Notes: generated from the letters alone by a model not told the origin. Shown: positions 13,280 to 27,512, numbered from the stretch's first letter. The stretch: 64,000 bases of DNA from Octopus vulgaris (GCA_951406725.2 OX597815.1:22072001-22136000), one strand, 5' to 3'. A program made the numbers and translations.

Positions 13280-14660
13280 ATTAAACCATGTCACTTTCCC
13301 GATGTCCGAGATGATAAAATGAGTCGAGCACCATCAGAAGCTCAACTCGTGCACAATGCATTTGAAAGTGCCATGAACCTGACTGTCATGCAAAGCCTTG
13401 AGGGCCGGCCAAGCATATCAGATTTGTGTAAGGCTGTTAACTCCTTCGCATTCGTTAAAGCTTGTATAAAGACGATTTCCTCTCAAGGGTAGTCAGGAGT
13501 AGAAAAACCGCTGCTTTACTCCACCACCGCCATTAATGTCTATGTCAATGCTAGAGTGAGAGAGGCGGGAGAGCAATGCCCCAGGATCTGAGAAACGTAA
13601 AAATCACCATCACATAACAAAACAACTGACACCACGTTAGTTGTAACAACGAACTGAATAAACTATCATGCATATCTTTGTTCTAAGTCCTGTTGGAAAG
13701 GCAATAACTATATGGTTCTTACCAGAATACATTGTCTTCTTCGACCTGACAAAAGTTTTTGATCTCGTTAATAAATACTCTTTACTTTGTTCCAGAAATT
13801 TAGATGATAATGACTTGAGATTGATTACATCCACTCATGAAGACACGCAAGGAATCATCCTCCACAACGACTCCTCATCAGCTCCCAAACAAAACGAGGT
13901 GGAGATGGGCTGTGTCATGCACCCTCACGCTCTTTAACATCTTTTCCTAGCAGCGGCCGTTTGCCTTTCGTTTATCAGGGAATGGTGCATTCCTGAATAA
14001 AAGAAGTTATGGAAAATTGTTCATTCCAAAGCATATTCATAAGAGAAAAAAAATGCTTTATCAACAAGATATCGCCACCTTTACATCGCACTCCAAGGAT
14101 GTTCTATAGTATTTCTTCATCTGCTTGGCTTTGTTATGTAGAGACGAGACTTTAACCTGAATATCAACTTCAAGGAAATCAAAATTGTGACTCCCAACAT
14201 AAGTAACGTTCTCAGTATCTGCATTGGAAATTACACTCTAACCTGGCTCAACTACCTCCAGTAACATATCCCTCGATACTGAACTGAATGTACGCATCGC
14301 TAAGGAGGCAGCTACGTTAGCTGAACCCTCTAAGTGAGTATGAAAGAGGATCACGCTGGTCACCAACACGAAGACAAAGATCTACCAACCGTTATATTTT
14401 TTTTTTGTGTGACAATAAAACATTGCCTTGATACTTTCCATTTCTGCTTCTTGAGAGGTATCAAGGGCATAAAATGGCGAGTGCGTCTCAAACAAGAACG
14501 AGTTTAAACCAGCAATGTTTGAAATGTCTCAGTCATATCAGCTGAATAGCCAGATATATATATATATTCTATGACGAGCTAGCCACAGGGACCGAGTCTG
14601 TTGGAAGCCTATCTGCAAACACGATATGAGGGACAGTGGCATCAACCAGGCAAGCCGAGA
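13280..14660 (+). mobile_element. Highly decayed RTE-clade LINE (RT region)
   Basis: IVFFDLTKVFDLVN and EVEMGCVM match the RT motifs FxDLxKAFD and GVKQGCV; many stops. Confidence 0.7.
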
Positions 14661-15039
14661 CAAGTCACAACAAATAGAGATATAGAAGCTATAAGAGGGA
14701 AGTCGAAAAGTAAGCGGAGAGAAAGTGCACGGCCAACAGAAACCACCAACAATACCGCCAGAAACAAATGTACCTGCAGAAACTGGGAACGAGACATACT
14801 GTTCCTGGATCAAGCTGAAGAGTCAATGCTGACTCGTCAGCAGTGCAAAACTCGGTTGCCTCACAAGACAGATGAATACTATATAGAAGACACACACACA
14901 CACATTCACATATACATATTTGTATGTATGTGTGTTGTGCGTGTACTTATATGTATGAATGTCTGTATGTATGTGTGTACGTACGCATGCACGAAAGTAC
15001 ATACGTACATTTGTATATATATATATGTATGTTTATACG

Positions 15040-15364
15040 TATCTTCTATTTTTTAAATTGTTATAAATCTTCCACTGAGGAGGGATCCGGTTTCCTGCAA
15101 ATATGCAAGCTCCATCTTTGGGATGTAGTTAACATAGACAAATTCACATTTGGAACTTGAGAAAAGTATTGTAGATTTTTACTGTTCCACTCACAGATTG
15201 CACTTGTAATGTACAAATTAGCCGGTCGATTCCTCTTTCTGAAAACCCCAGTTTATCCAGGTTCTCCTTTAAGCGTTTACTAACAAAACCTAGTGCTTCA
15301 ATTATTATGGGCATGAATGTGAATTCATAGTCTGGATATAGAAGCTGGATGTTTCGAAGCAGTT
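15040..15364 (-). mobile_element. 3' end of an RLE-type non-LTR element embedded in (TACA)n
   Basis: LLRNIQLLYPDYEFTFMPIIIEALGFV...GTVKIYNTFLKF C-terminus followed by a short 3' UTR. Confidence 0.7.
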
Positions 15365-15464
15365 GTATGTATGTATGTATGTATGTATGTATGTATGTAT
15401 GTATGTATGTATGCATGAAATTAAAATTTCAGGTTCGAAGTTGCTTTCATACTCTAAAAGAAAT

Positions 15465-15697
15465 AAGGCGGCGAGCTGGCAGAAACGTTTGCACGACGGG
15501 CGAACTATTTAGCGGTATTTCGTCAGCCGTTACGTTCTGAGTTCAAATTCCGCCGAGGTCGGCTTTGCCTTTCATTCTTTCAGGGTCGATAAATTAAGTA
15601 CCAGTTACGCACTGGGGTCGATGTAATCGATTTAATCCGTTTGTCTGTCTTTGTTTGTCCCCTCTATGTTTAGCCCCATGTGGGCAATAAAGAAATA
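15465..15697 (+). mobile_element. SINE family A (tRNA-derived)
   Basis: A-box-like GGCGAGCTGGCAGAA, B-box-like GAGTTCAAATTCC, body GCCTTTCATCCTTTC..GTCGATAAATTAAGTACCAG, A-rich tail. Confidence 0.85.
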
Positions 15698-15906
15698 AGA
15701 AATAACGAGTTGAATACCAGAATAATCACCTTTGAAGTTTTGATCTTACCCTTGTAGGAATTCACTTCCTGTTATGAAGAACTCATTTTGAAGACGTCGT
15801 TAAAATAATAGCAAGTAATGCACGGTGATCAATTAGATCAATTGTATACTTTCTCTGCAGTACTTCATTTTGTACCGATTCAACAGAAAAAATCAACATC
15901 TATATA

Positions 15907-16287
15907 GGAGCACTCCGTCGATTGCGACGATGAGGGTCCCAGCTGATACGATCAACGGAACAGCTTGCTCGTGATATTAACGTGCAAGTGGCTGAACACT
16001 CCACAGACACGTGTACCCTTAACGTAGTTCTCGAGGAGATTCAGCGTGACACACAGAATGTGACAAGGCTGACCCTTTGAAATACAGGTACAAGAGAAAC
16101 AGGAAGAAAGAGCGAGAGAAAGTTGTGGTGAAAGAGTACAGCAGGGTTCCCCCCCCCCTGCCGGAGCCTCGTGGAGCTTTAGGTGTTTTCGCTCAATAAA
16201 CACTCACAATGCCCGGTCTGGGAATCGAAACCGCAATCATCCGACCGCGAGTCCGCTGCCCTAACCACTGGGCCATTGCGCCTCCAC
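15907..16287 (-). mobile_element. SINE family B (tRNA-derived, about 380 bp)
   Basis: Head GGAGGCGCAATGGCCCAGTGGTTAGGGCAGCGGAC..GGTTTCGATTCC; 13-bp TSD CAACATCTATATA. Confidence 0.92.
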
Positions 16288-16692
16288 CAACATCTATATA
16301 ATATCCCATGAACTACATTCACAGAATCTTTCCAATATTTCACAAAGTCACATACATTTTGACTTCTGATTTCTATTCTGCTAACTAAACGCTTTTACCT
16401 ACATAATAGATAATCATATCAACTCTTTACCGGTCCTGTTTATCACATGTGATTCGCAGAACATATTTTACTGGCGCTCATACATCATATATGATACACA
16501 TTCTCAAGTTTTGTTTTTCCAGCCACTAGAGTATTTGGAATTTAGGAAAAGAAAGCTTTATTTTATTCAAATCGTATGAAACAATGGCTAACTATAAGTC
16601 TGAACGCAATCACGGACGTTTAGGATGCATTTATGAAAATCCATTGGACAGGCAAAGAGTTAGATACAACAATTGTGATTGCTGAGTTATAT

Positions 16693-17093
16693 ATACTCTC
16701 TTTTACTCTTTTACTTGTTTCAGTCATTTGAATGCGGCCATGCTGGAGCACCGCCTTTAGTCGAGCAAATCGACCCCGGGACTTATTCTTTGTAAGCCCA
16801 GTACTTATTCTATCGGTCTCTTTTGCCGAACCGCTAAGTGGCGGGGACGTAAACACACCAGCATCGGTTGTCAAGCAATGCTAGGGGGACAAACACGCAC
16901 ACACATACATATATATATACATATATACGACAGGCTTCTTTCAGTTTCCGTCTACCAAAATCCACTCACAAGGCATTGGTCGGCCCGAGGCTATAGCAGA
17001 AGACAACTTGCCCAAGATGTCACGCAGTGGGACTGAACCCGGAACCATGTGGTTGGTTAGCAAGCTACTTACCACACAGCCACTCCTGCGCCT
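16693..17093 (-). mobile_element. SINE family C (tRNA head, CORE-like segment, internal microsatellite)
   Basis: Head AGGCGCAGGAGTGGCTGTGTGGTAAG..GGTTCAGTCCCAC; tail (GAGTAAAA)n. Confidence 0.88.
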
Positions 17094-17923
17094 GATGAAA
17101 ATATTTTCCGAATCCGAAAAAATAACAAATAAATCCATTTACTTGTTCAAACAAGTTGTTGCTGTAACTGTTGTTGCTGGTGCTGTTCGTGTTATTAGAG
17201 TTGTTTAGTTCCAGGTCAGCTTGGTTGAGAAGTCATGGCCAGAAGCGCTCCAACCTGAACATTGTCTTATCTTGGAATTCATTAATGCCTTTCTTATTTC
17301 AAAGCGTTTCATTGCACAATAAGGGAAATTTTGCTGCCTTTTCTAGCAGATATAGGTATCACGTAAAGGGTCATTACATATAAATGATTACTTTAAGCCC
17401 GCACAGCACAGCGCCAAATATCATTGACAGAATATATTTGTTCTAGTTAGCTATTGTACTTGTGAAATTTAACACTACTCAAAATAGTTTTCGTGAGTTA
17501 TCCCCCTTACACCAGGAAAAACCCACATATTCTCGATTTCACATGGAAATGCAATAAGTTCGTATGCAGTTAGTTTTCTTTGATCTGTGTTCAATCCACG
17601 CCACAGTAGCATCGTTCTGATGAAATACATAAAATTAAATCTCTCTTTGAGAGACAAAGAAAAAATAAAATCTGTACGGGAGAATTTCAGTCATGCTTGT
17701 ATGGTTAAAAAAAGGTTGAGAATTCGATTTTTTTAGTGACACTTACGCCGTGTATATAGCTAATATAATTGTCTCTCTCTCTATATATGTAGTCTTTAAA
17801 CTCCATTCTCGCTGTATACACACACACGTGTATTTGTGTGTGCGTACGTCCATACAGTCATACATGGATACATACATACATACATACGTGTATGAATATG
17901 TATGTATTATGTGTGTATGTATG

Positions 17924-18051
<128 letters not shown>

Positions 18052-18202
18052 TGTGTGTGCTTATTCCCACCAAGTGACAACCGGTGTTGGTGTGTTTATA
18101 TGCCGGTAACTTGTATGTATATATATGTGTGTGTGTAGGTAGGTATATATATGTATATATATATTTATACTTTATTTTAAGCAGCAGAAAATTCAACAAA
18201 AT

Positions 18203-18240
18203 CTGTTACTCTGAGTTTCTCGTTGCCGTTCATCAGACAG
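18203..18240 (-). ncRNA. Minimal hammerhead ribozyme motif
   Basis: CTGT-CTGATGA-ACGGCAACGA-GAAA-CTCAGAG-TA-ACAG; one stem II mismatch. Confidence 0.65.
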
Positions 18241-18246
18241 TTTTGA

Positions 18247-18452
18247 AAGGCAGAATCGTTTAGCACACTAGACGAAAATGCTTAGCGGTATTTCGCCCGT
18301 CGCTACTTTCTAAGTCCAAATTTCGCCGAGGTCGACTTCACCTTTCATCCTTTCGTGGACGATAGATTTTAAATACCAGTGAAACACTAGGGTCGTTGTA
18401 ATCGACCACTACCCTCTCACCAAATTTCAGCCCTTGTGCCTTTAGTAGAAAG
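18247..18452 (+). mobile_element. SINE family A, diverged
   Basis: Similarity to the other copies. Confidence 0.7.
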
Positions 18453-18473
18453 AATTATTATTATTATTTTTGT

Positions 18474-18832
18474 AGGTGCAGGATGGCTGTATGGTAAGAA
18501 GCTTGCATACCAACCACATGGTTCCGGGTTCAGTCCCACTGCGTGGCACCTTGGGCAAGTGTTTTTCTGCTCGGGCCGACCAAAACCTTGTGAAATTGAA
18601 AACAACCCATCGTATATATGTATATGTTTATGTGTCCATGTTTGTCCCCGCACCATCGCTTGACAACCAGTGTTGGCGTGTTTACGTCTCCTAACTGAGT
18701 AGTTCAACAAAAGAAACCGATAGAATAAGTACTAAGCTTGCAAAGAATAAGTCCTGGGGTCGATTTGTTCGACTAAAGGCGGTTAACTAGCATGGTTGCA
18801 GTCAAATGACCGAAATAAGTAATAGAATAAAA
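18474..18832 (+). mobile_element. SINE family C
   Basis: Similarity to the family. Confidence 0.8.
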
Positions 18833-19042
18833 TAACACACACACAGACACATAAATTCTTACAAAGAAAGGTTTCCCAATGGCTTTAAAGCTTCGTATTG
18901 CTCATCGCCTTCGGACAGTCTGTTAACAGTGAGCAAGCTGATGCTTCGAAGTCATTGTCAACCTTTTCCTTGTAAAAATTAATAATTACGAACTTGACGA
19001 AAACGTATTGAGTAGTCCTTCAGTTTAATGATGAAATTTAAA

Positions 19043-19495
19043 AGGCGCGGGCGTGGCGCTGTGGTATGAAGCTTGCTTTTTCAACCCCATAGCTCTGGGT
19101 TCAATTTGACTGCGTGGCACCTTGGGCAAGTGTCTTCTTCTATAGCCTTTTGGGCTGACCAATGCCTTGCGAGTGGATTTGATGGACGAAAACTGAAAGA
19201 AGCCCGTTGCAAATATATATAAATTCCGTTCGTTGTCTTTTTATTTAATCCTGAAAAAAAAATATATATATATGTGTGCGTGTGTGTGTGTCCCACCACT
19301 GCTCGGCAAGCGGTGTTGGTTTGTTTACGTCCTAGTAACTTAACGGTTCGGCAAAAGAAGCAGATAGAGTAAGTACCATGCTTTAAAAAACTAAGTACTG
19401 GGGTTGATTCATTCGACTAAAAATTCCTCAAGGTAGTGCCCCAGCATAGCAGCAGTCTAATAACTGAAAAAAAAAAATGACAAAAAGAGTAAAAG
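19043..19495 (+). mobile_element. SINE family C, diverged
   Basis: Similarity to the family. Confidence 0.75.
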
Positions 19496-19673
19496 ATATA
19501 TAATTTCCTTTGAAGCCTAGTATGTGCTTGTGTGTGTATGTGTGTATGTATGTAATATATGTATGTATATATGTATGCATATGTATGTATGTAGAGACAG
19601 AAAGATATATTCGTGTTTGTTTTTTTGTGTTTAGTCATAGAAAAGAACTCAATACCCGCTCCAGACCACATAT

Positions 19674-20209
<536 letters not shown>

Positions 20210-20210
<1 letters not shown>

Positions 20211-20765
20211 GTCAGGTCACTTTCGAGTGCTACTGGTAACATGTAACCCAGTACAACCTGTCGCATGGTCGGGTCGTCGGCGACTAAACCAGCAACTCCA
20301 CCAAGCTTGCTTGGTGAGGAGGGCGTTTATTGGACACCCTGCGGGATGAAAAACAAAATCCGTCAAAGGGCGGAGGAACTCTTGAGAGTCAACGGCTATC
20401 CAATAAATGTCTTAAGGCTGTATCATGCGCGGGGACAAAGAAATAATCGGACTGAATACCCGATCGCGCGATTAAACCATTGGGAGTGAAGGACTTCTGG
20501 CCTTTGTTAGGCCATCCTTCTAGGAGAAGGTAACTCAGGTAACTGGGATAACTCCGACATAAAACTTGCGGCTCAGTGGTTACCGATGATGTTGACTTGT
20601 TCTTCTTTTCGGATTATGGCTGCTGTTGCTTAGTGAGTGGGATTGACTCAGTGCACAGCCTTTCCTCACTTTAAAAAAAATATTCTTGCACAGGCATTGC
20701 ACGATAACAACATTGATTAAGCTTCGTACAATGACCATACTCGATAACGAGGGGGCAGCCACCAT
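20210..20765 (+). mobile_element. Non-autonomous retroelement family E flanked by (ATGT)n
   Basis: 3' half shared with the two copies at 28.9-29.7 kb; ends GGGGGCAGCCA followed by an (ATGT)n tail. Confidence 0.7.
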
Positions 20766-21136
20766 GTATGTATGTATGTATGTATGTATGTATGTATGTA
20801 TGTATGTATGTATGTATGTATGTATGTATGTATCCACCAAGATGAAATGCATGCGGGAAACAATCATGTTCGAAGGAAGCGTTCTAAAGTTCCTGCATCG
20901 TCTGAGTTTCGAAATAGTATGATCCACTTCGGACAATCGGTAATGTTAACCCAAGCTAGCAAGGAAATGGTGTGAGCCTTGTATAACGAAGTCGTTCGTT
21001 CTATTTTTCAAACTGCTGCCTACGTTGCTGCTGAAAAGATTTTTTTTTCTTACAACTACCACCATTTTCCTCCACTAGCTTAGGGAGCATCTGAAGAGCT
21101 TGTGACGACAGTTCAATGAAGCACGTGAGTAGGGAC

Positions 21137-21500
21137 CTACTTACTTGTACTTGTGGCGACATTCACCCTGGGTGGGTTGAGTCGGCTTCTTCTACCATCC
21201 TCGAGGCATTTTGAACCATGGCAGCCCACACACGACGGTCCTGCGCCAGTTCACTGGAGATAGCGAGCCAGTCATTGTTCCATCGGCGCAGGCCGACCAC
21301 CCGCGGACCCGTGAGCACGGAGAGGTCCTCCTTGATCGTCGTAGCCCGGGTTTTCAGCTGCCCGCCCGCGCGGTTCCGCCAGTTGGGAAGTGGAGTTGGG
21401 AGAAGGGCATCACGGCTCAGTTCACCCACCGGACGCCTTCAAGTGAGTGGGGAGTGTGATATGGAAGTTCATTACGACATTGCGACATGTTCAATTACAT
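21137..21500 (-). mobile_element. 3' end of an RTE-like LINE, GC-rich
   Basis: WRNRAGGQLKT..TIKEDL..GPRVVGLRRWNNDW..AQDRRVW C-terminus; CAAGTA-repeat tail. Confidence 0.75.
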
Positions 21501-21529
21501 AGGAGGCATAGAAAAATAGGGGTTAGAAA

Positions 21530-22330
21530 GAGAGCCACCTTTCTAACGAACTCATGTCGACTCACAAAGCAAATGCTGGAGCAGAAGTGCTGGGACCAAT
21601 TATCGCAATGTTTCAAATGCGACAGTGGAGGACTTCGAAGTGACAGAAGGAAATGGTGTTGCGTAAAGTTTCATGGCCTGAACCTTCGAAATCCGAGCAG
21701 AGCATCGAATAAAATTCTTAACTCACATTGTCTAAGATTGTTCTGCAAAGTCCACTCAATTTGTTTTGTGGGATAAAAGTGAAACAGCTGGCTTTCCCCC
21801 TGTGTTTGAGAAGAGACTGCTTAAATTATTAGCAACTGTCCAAAATTCCTGGGTGAAGATCATAGCCTTTGCCACCAGGACTGGGGAGAAGTTAATATCG
21901 GGTACTTCTTCGGCGTGTTTGAGACAACAAAACGCTGGAAGCTGAAAGGTGCCGCGGTGAAACAGTTGAAGTTCCCGAAAACTGTCGCTTTAACATGCTG
22001 AAACGAGACGCGGTCGCGGTGCGAATAGAAACGTCCAATGAAGTGATGTTATAAGAAATCTCATTTCTCATAAAAGAGTGCACTGAGAACGAAATACAAA
22101 AGAAGATGGCATAATATAATAAGCTGGTGGATGTATGCCGAAAAAATGAGTGCAAGCGAGTCGTGGTTCCATTGATATGTTATGCAGAGTGTTTGCAGGC
22201 AAGTTCCTCAGTTCAGAATTAACTCACTGGACATGTGTAGCGATCAGTACGTGATGTATCGTGAAATTAGACACCACTGCATGAGTTGCTTTAACGTAAC
22301 TGTGCATTGGTCTTGCAAGTTCTATTCATT
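21530..22330 (+). mobile_element. Decayed Hero-like RLE non-LTR element
   Basis: Frameshifted remnants RKVSWPE..HRIKFL, NLFC..PLCLRR, ISNCPKFLGE, LKRDAV and IDMLCRVFAG, in Hero domain order. Confidence 0.6.
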
Positions 22331-22831
22331 TTTTTACAATTTATAATATTATTATATTTTTTGTGCTTCATATTCCTTTTTTTTTTTTGCACGTTATAGC
22401 AAGGACTTTAGATGTTTAGAAAATCATATTTTTTATAACATTAGTTATAAACCTATAAACCCTTCACCGGCAACCTTTAGGCATGCGTGTGTGTATATAC
22501 ATGTATAATTGTATGCTTTCACATATGTATATGTATTTTATATGTATTAATATGTACATATGTATACGTTCAGATGTAGATGTATTTTTATGTATGCACA
22601 CACACACACACACCGTATCGAGCAAAAAGTTCGTTCAGGAACTTTGTTGTTACTTTCGAAATAGGTGTATCTGACACACACACACACACAGCACACACAC
22701 ACAACACACACATGCACACACACACAACGCGCACATGTACACACGCACACACACACACATATATGATTTATCATATATTATATATGTTTTACATTGTTTA
22801 TCATATTTGTTTTATCATTTATACTTAATTG

Positions 22832-23023
22832 AGTAATTAAACTGCGGCCATGCTGAGGCACCGCCTTGAAGAATTTTTACTCGAATGTATCAACCCTAGT
22901 ACTGGTGTTTTTTTTTTTTTGCCTGGTACTTATTCTATCGGTCTTTTTTGCTGAACCACTAAGTTATAGGAGCGTTAACACATCAGCATCGTTTGTCAAG
23001 CGGTGGTATCTGACACACACACG

Positions 23024-23098
<75 letters not shown>

Positions 23099-23211
23099 AC
23101 AACACACACATGCACACACGCATACACACACACAGCACATATGATGGGCTTCTGTTCAGTTTCTGTCTACCAAATTCACTCACAAGGCTTTGGTCAACCC
23201 GAGGCTATAGC
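22832..23211 (-). mobile_element. SINE family C, 5'-truncated
   Basis: Similarity to the family. Confidence 0.7.
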
Positions 23212-23693
23212 ATTATCCTCCTAAGCTTTCTCTAGTATTATTAATCTTACTTTCTCTATCTATCGCCTCTCTGTGACCAATCAACTTGCCGTCAGCTTTC
23301 AGAAACACCCCCACCATCACCCTTTCAATAATCTTCGATAGCTAACATTAATTACAGAAAGGTTTATGTCTTATAACGTTAATCCAGCCTCCTTCTCTCC
23401 ACCCAAGCATGTATCGTGTATATTTTCTTTTCATTCTTCACATTCTTCTCTTCTCCCAGTTTTCCCGTCCTCTCTTTTGCCTTATTTTCCTTCCCACTCT
23501 TTTCCCTTTTTCTGGCTTAAGCTTTTTACTTCTCTCTGCATTAACGCCTACTCTACGTCTCTCACTCGCACCACTGCAATTTATAGTCGTTCGGTCAAGT
23601 ACATTCTCACAGAGGGTATCCCGGCCCTCACCTGTTTGTTTATTCATGTGCCGGAACGGATAGTCTAGCGTCACCAGTGGGTCTACCATGTGT

Positions 23694-24073
23694 GAGGAAG
23701 CACTCCGTCGGTTACGACGACGAGGGTTCCGGTTGATCTGATCAACGGAACAGCCTGCTCGTGAAATTAACGTGTAAGTGGCTGAGCACTCCACAGACAC
23801 GTGTACCCTCAACATAGTTCTCGGGGATATTCAGCGTGACACAGAGAGTGACAAGGCCGGCCCTTTGAAATACAGGTACAACAGAAACAGGAAGTAAGAG
23901 TGAGAGAAAGTTGTGGTGAAAGAGTACAGCGGGGATCACCACACCCTGCCGGAGCCTCGTGGAGCTTTAGGTGTTTTCGCTCAATAAACACTCACAACGC
24001 CCGGTCTGGGAATCGAAACCGCGATCCTACGACCGCGAGTCCGCTGCCCTAACCACTGGGCCATTGCGCCTCC
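23694..24073 (-). mobile_element. SINE family B
   Basis: TSD CTACCATGTGT. Confidence 0.92.
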
Positions 24074-24420
24074 CTACCATGTGTAGCTGTTGACAAGATG
24101 GAGATTCATTCCTTCATATGGTCAAGCTAACAGTTTGAAGGTGTCAAGTTTATCCAGTTCGTGTTTTGCGTAACTCTTCTGGTTGCTGCTGTGTAGGCAA
24201 GACTGGTGATCATCGGAAAAAGGAGTCTCATGAGATCCTGCATCTGAAGTTAGGGAATTCGTTTTCTTGCCCTGGGTGAAGTAAAACAGAGAAGAGGAGT
24301 TGTTTCTGTCTCGGCATCTGAAGGAGTGCACGTGCTGTCTAAATCGTTGTTTGAATTGATTGGCCTTTAGTTTCGTATCGTTTCTCAGAATAGTATCGAC
24401 TGGTGTTACGGAGGCTCTGT

Positions 24421-24838
24421 ATACTCTCTTACTCTTTTACTCTTTTACTTGTTTCAGTCATTTGACTGCGGCCATGCTGGAGCACCGCCTTTAGTCGAGC
24501 AACTCGACCCCGGGACTTATTCTTTTGTAAGCCCAGTACTCATTCTATCGGTCTCTTTTGCCGAACCGCTAAGTAACGGGGACATAAACACACCAGCATC
24601 GGTTGTCAAGTAATGCTAGGGGGACAAACACAGACACACAAGCACACACATGCGTATATATATATATATATATATACATATATACGACGGGCTTCTTTCA
24701 GTTTCCGTCTACCAAATCCACTCACAAGGTTTTGGTCGGCCCGAAGCTATAGTAGAAGACACTTGCCCAAGGTGCCACGCAGTGGGACTGAACCCGGAAT
24801 CATGTGGTTGGTTAGCAAGCTACTTACCACACAGCCAC
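24421..24838 (-). mobile_element. SINE family C
   Basis: Near-identical to the 16693 and 40703 copies. Confidence 0.88.
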
Positions 24839-25834
24839 AATATAATTTTATAGTTTTATGAGCATAAAGTCATACAGTCTGTTGGGGACTAAACCGTTGA
24901 TTTGGTCAATCTCAGTACTATACAGATACTTATTTCACGACAAATTGAAAGCCGGTATCAATTCTTACGGTTTATGAAATTGTAACACATTAGATCATGA
25001 TGAAACTGCACATTCAAAGAAGTTTCATGAGTAACTAAATATTGCTCAAAATGCATGGAACATTGCAGTTATTCATTTCGTGTTTTGTTTTGCCAGTTCT
25101 ATCATAATCCAATCCTAATTAACGAAATCCTTATCGATTTTACTGTACAGCCGTTGGCTACAGTGCAGTTTATTTCCTTCTTGTGTTGTCTGCTTGCAGC
25201 TCTGTATACGGATCTGTTGCAATAAAACACCTCGACAATGGATTCAGTTAGGGTCGCGGCAGAATATAAATCACTTACCATATAAAACGTGTTTCCGGTA
25301 ACTTTCAACTTTGCACTATACAGTTTTCAGATTTTGACGATGCAAAGTGAATTTAATTTAACCCGAATGGAATCTTTTGATTAACTTCAAACTAAAAAAA
25401 TTTCAAATAATGCCAATAAAATATACATTGAAAAAGCAATTGTTGAAAGATACTTGTCTATTCAGAAAACAAATCTTCCCCAGAGATGCTGTCATACGCA
25501 AATGACTGATTCAAAACGTTAAATATTTCGATTTTATGTTCTGTTAATGTTTCCTAAGAGTGGTCAGATGTTTAGAGTAATATGTGAAGCTAAATATAAA
25601 TTTAAACAAAATTATGTTAGACAAGACAAAACGTATTTGCATATGAGACTGAAAATCATATGCTCGTACTTACATATATACACGCACACACATACACACA
25701 AATGGATATATATGTACAATCACACGTGGATATATACGTATGTCTGTCTATCTATCTATCTGTCTATCTATCTATATATCTATCTATCTATCTACCTATC
25801 TGTTTCTCCGTGTGCATGCGTGCGTGTGTATATA

Positions 25835-25875
<41 letters not shown>

Positions 25876-26179
25876 GGGTATAAATATTGGATATTAATTT
25901 ATATAATACCATCAATTTAACACCAAGTGGTTTAGCGCATAAAAACCAGGGATACAATAAAAACTTATACACAAATATAAGAGAGTGTCCACTATGTGGT
26001 CGACTCTTGCGCTAAAAATAGATCCGCTATGGTCTCAACCACCAAGAATTGTTTCCAAGGAGAATTAGCACAACTATGAACGTAAACGAGCAGGACGTTC
26101 ATAGTTGTGCTAATTCTTGGTGGTTGATATGCATCCATTTTTATTCATTCGATTACATTTATTACACTCCCTATATATG

Positions 26180-26229
<50 letters not shown>

Positions 26230-26520
26230 CACGCATTGAATATATCTTGTGTTTGTGTGTGCGCGAGGTTTTGATTGCCCCTTCATTCTAGTTACAGCAT
26301 AGTCACGCCAATTATATTTATATCTATAGATATTGTAGTCATGTTACTTTATTGCTTGCTTAGCTTTCTGGTTATCTCTATGCAATTCGTTCTGATGGTG
26401 GTGGAGCTTTATGTTTAATTAATAACTGTAACATTGATCTATTATAAGTTTATCGTATAACCTTTATCCTTTATTTGTTTCAATCATTAGACTGCGGCCA
26501 AGCAGGAGCACCGCCATGAA

Positions 26521-26656
26521 ATACTTAATTTATCGATCCCGAAAGGATGAAAGGCAAAGTCAACCTCGGCGGAATTTGAACTCAGAACGTAACGGCAGAC
26601 GAAATACGGCTACGCATTTCGCCCGGCGTGCTAACGTTTCTGCCAGCTCGCCGCCT
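26521..26656 (-). mobile_element. SINE family A, 3'-truncated, between 72-bp direct repeats
   Basis: Intact head, missing tail. Confidence 0.8.
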
Positions 26657-26669
26657 TTTATCGTATAAC

Positions 26670-26995
26670 GTTTATCCTTTATTTGTTTCAATCATTAGAC
26701 TGCGGCCAAGCAGGAGCACCGCCATGAAGAATTTTTAGTCTAATTTTTTTTTAAGCTTGGCATTTATTCCAACAATAATCTCTTTTAGCGAACCACTATG
26801 TCAGGGGGACAAACACACACACATATATATATATACGACGGGCTTCTTTCAGTCTCTGCCTAATAAATTCACTTAAAAGTTTTTTAGTTGGTCCGAGGAT
26901 ATAGTAGAAGACACATGTCCAAGGTGCCACGCAGTAGGACTCGAACCCGGAACAATTTGGTTAGGAAGCAAACTCCTTACCACGCAGCTACGCGT
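26670..26995 (-). mobile_element. SINE family C, diverged
   Basis: Similarity to the family. Confidence 0.7.
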
Positions 26996-27512
26996 ATGAC
27001 AAGAAAAAAAATCTAACATGAAACCTTAGATACTAGTGATGTTATTTCTGTTATAACTATGAATATTTTAACGGTTTAATCCTAGTTAATTCTTTTGTCC
27101 CATATCCTTCAATTGTTAATCTAAAGTTTAATTCAAATATAATAGAAAACAAATTACATTCTAAAACGCGTTATATTTGGTTGTTTAGTCTTTGGATACA
27201 GAGTTACCGGGATACGAATCACTTCCAGCTTTCAAGCTAATCTACCTCCATTAATATTTTAGATTACACACATGCACTCTCTCTCTCTTTTTCTCTCTCT
27301 CACACACACATGCACTCGTACACACATACCCACACACGCACACACATACACAAGTACACATATTTATATGTGTTAAAATTTGTGTGCGTGTTTTTGCACA
27401 TAGACATCCACATTCACGTTTAGTTGTATAAGTCCACACATAATCTGAAAATATTTTAGCTCACATTCAGTTTGTGTGCAATCCCTCATAAAAGAAACAC
27501 TTGTTAGTCGTC

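Noticed and set aside
20214-20320. Possible HDV-like ribozyme at the 5' end of family E (GTCG-TCGG-CGAC-TAA-ACCAG)
   Set aside because: Could not assemble P1/P3 in the required order by eye; needs a descriptor search.
24090-24370. Minus-strand FKQRFRQHVHSFR fragment resembling a PLE GIY-YIG domain, with a degenerate CCGATGA motif
   Set aside because: Short and decayed; suggestive only.
25097-25300. Unique-looking segment with acceptor-like sites
   Set aside because: No frame gives a recognisable protein with compatible splice phases.
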